From: Lama guanicoe
Lineage: Eukaryota
DNA: 64,000 nt
Assembly: GCA_013239625.1 (NCBI GenBank)
Contig: MU053799.1
Location: 1 to 64,000, forward strand
Reading direction: 5' to 3'
The notes beneath the pieces are model-generated. The model was not told where the DNA came from, did not search any database, and saw nothing but the letters and a program-made list of their open reading frames with translations. Position numbers and translations under genes: made by a program. Positions 63,044-64,000 of the stretch are shown one piece after another. Position 1 is the stretch's first letter; each line of letters begins with the position of its first letter.

Positions 63044-64000
63044 GCCACGTGTTCTTGTACAGCATGAAACGAGCTAAACATTAGCTTTACATTTTTTAAT
63101 GACTGGGGAAAAAAACACAAGGAGAATATTATTTTGTGATGTGAAAATTATACGAAATCCAGTTTTCAGAGTCCTTAAATAAAATTTTATTAGAACAGAG
63201 ACGTGCCTGTTCCTTTAGTTATTGTCTGTGGCTGCAGAGTTGATCAATGGCCAGAGATCTTTTTCGCTAAGCCTAATAAGGTACTTATATCTGGCCTTTT
63301 ACAGAAACTTTTTTAAGTGCCTTGTTCTGTTGAAAGTCTGTTAGTAATCGTTTTTTTTTAATCGGTTTTGGTTTTGTTAATTTATAATGCTGTTTTCATT
63401 TATAGTATATTAATTTTCCATTCTTGATTTTCTTCCTTCTTACCTCTATAGGTTTGTTCTGTTGTTCTTCTTTACAACTTTTTTAGATAAATGCCTAGAA
63501 CACTTACTTGTAACTTTTATTTCTCTGGTGTCTAATGCTATAAATTTACCTTAATTTACTAAAGTACCAATTTAACTGTGTCCCACAATTTTTGCATAAT
63601 AATGTTCATTATCATTCAATTCCAAGTATATCCTAATTTCCCTAGTGATTCTCTTCTTAAAACAAGGATTATATATTAACATGGTATTTATTTTCCAGAT
63701 CTATGGGATTTTTAAAGTTGTTTCTTTATCAATTTCTCATTTTGTTGCATTATGGTCAGATCACACAGTCTAACTATTATTGATCCTTTGCATTTGAAGA
63801 CTTCTGTCCAGTGAAATATACCATAATCAAAATGGAGAGGGTATAATGTAGAGAAAATATGTGCAATGTCTAACATGTATGTATGTGAAATAACCTCGTT
63901 TAGGCCTCGCAGTTACTCCAGTATCTTTCAGTAAGTTGCCATTAACTAAACTCCAGGCTTTATTCAAATTTCACTAGTTTTCCCACAAATGTACTTTTTC

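Noticed and set aside
1..64000. CRISPR arrays, prokaryote-type systems, J or C segments, VPREB1, PRAME
   Set aside because: No repeat-spacer arrays, no 12-RSS with FGGG J motif and no constant-domain or other such exon seen

Overview
Mammalian genomic DNA covering the 3' end of an immunoglobulin lambda variable (IGLV) cluster (about 1-43 kb, all segments on the + strand), followed by ZNF280B on the - strand with its CpG-island promoter near 62 kb. This matches the human cluster B / ZNF280B arrangement. tRNA-derived SINEs resembling camelid Vic-1 suggest a camelid genome (inference). I count 12 V segments or relics. Four have open frames, canonical splice sites and an intact RSS (IGLV5-like 18969 and 29870, IGLV1-like 33324, IGLV8-like 37395). 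Six are pseudogenes or defective ORFs and two are fragments. The V segments sit in a repeated V8-(V9)-V5-V1 cassette, with a 10.9 kb segmental duplication, a near-perfect 2214-bp tandem duplication and an N gap. The rest is L1, MaLR/ERV LTR, SINE and microsatellite DNA. I found no convincing new biological system. The most notable details are a TSD-flanked tailless 5S rRNA fragment with empty paralogous sites, an orphan CDR3+RSS left by a microhomology deletion, a mosaic IGLV5 gene, extra germline cysteines in IGLV1, an IGLV1 with a lost splice donor and an in-frame intron read-through, and co-oriented CTCF motifs. Family names and repeat classes come from recalled similarity; no database search was run.
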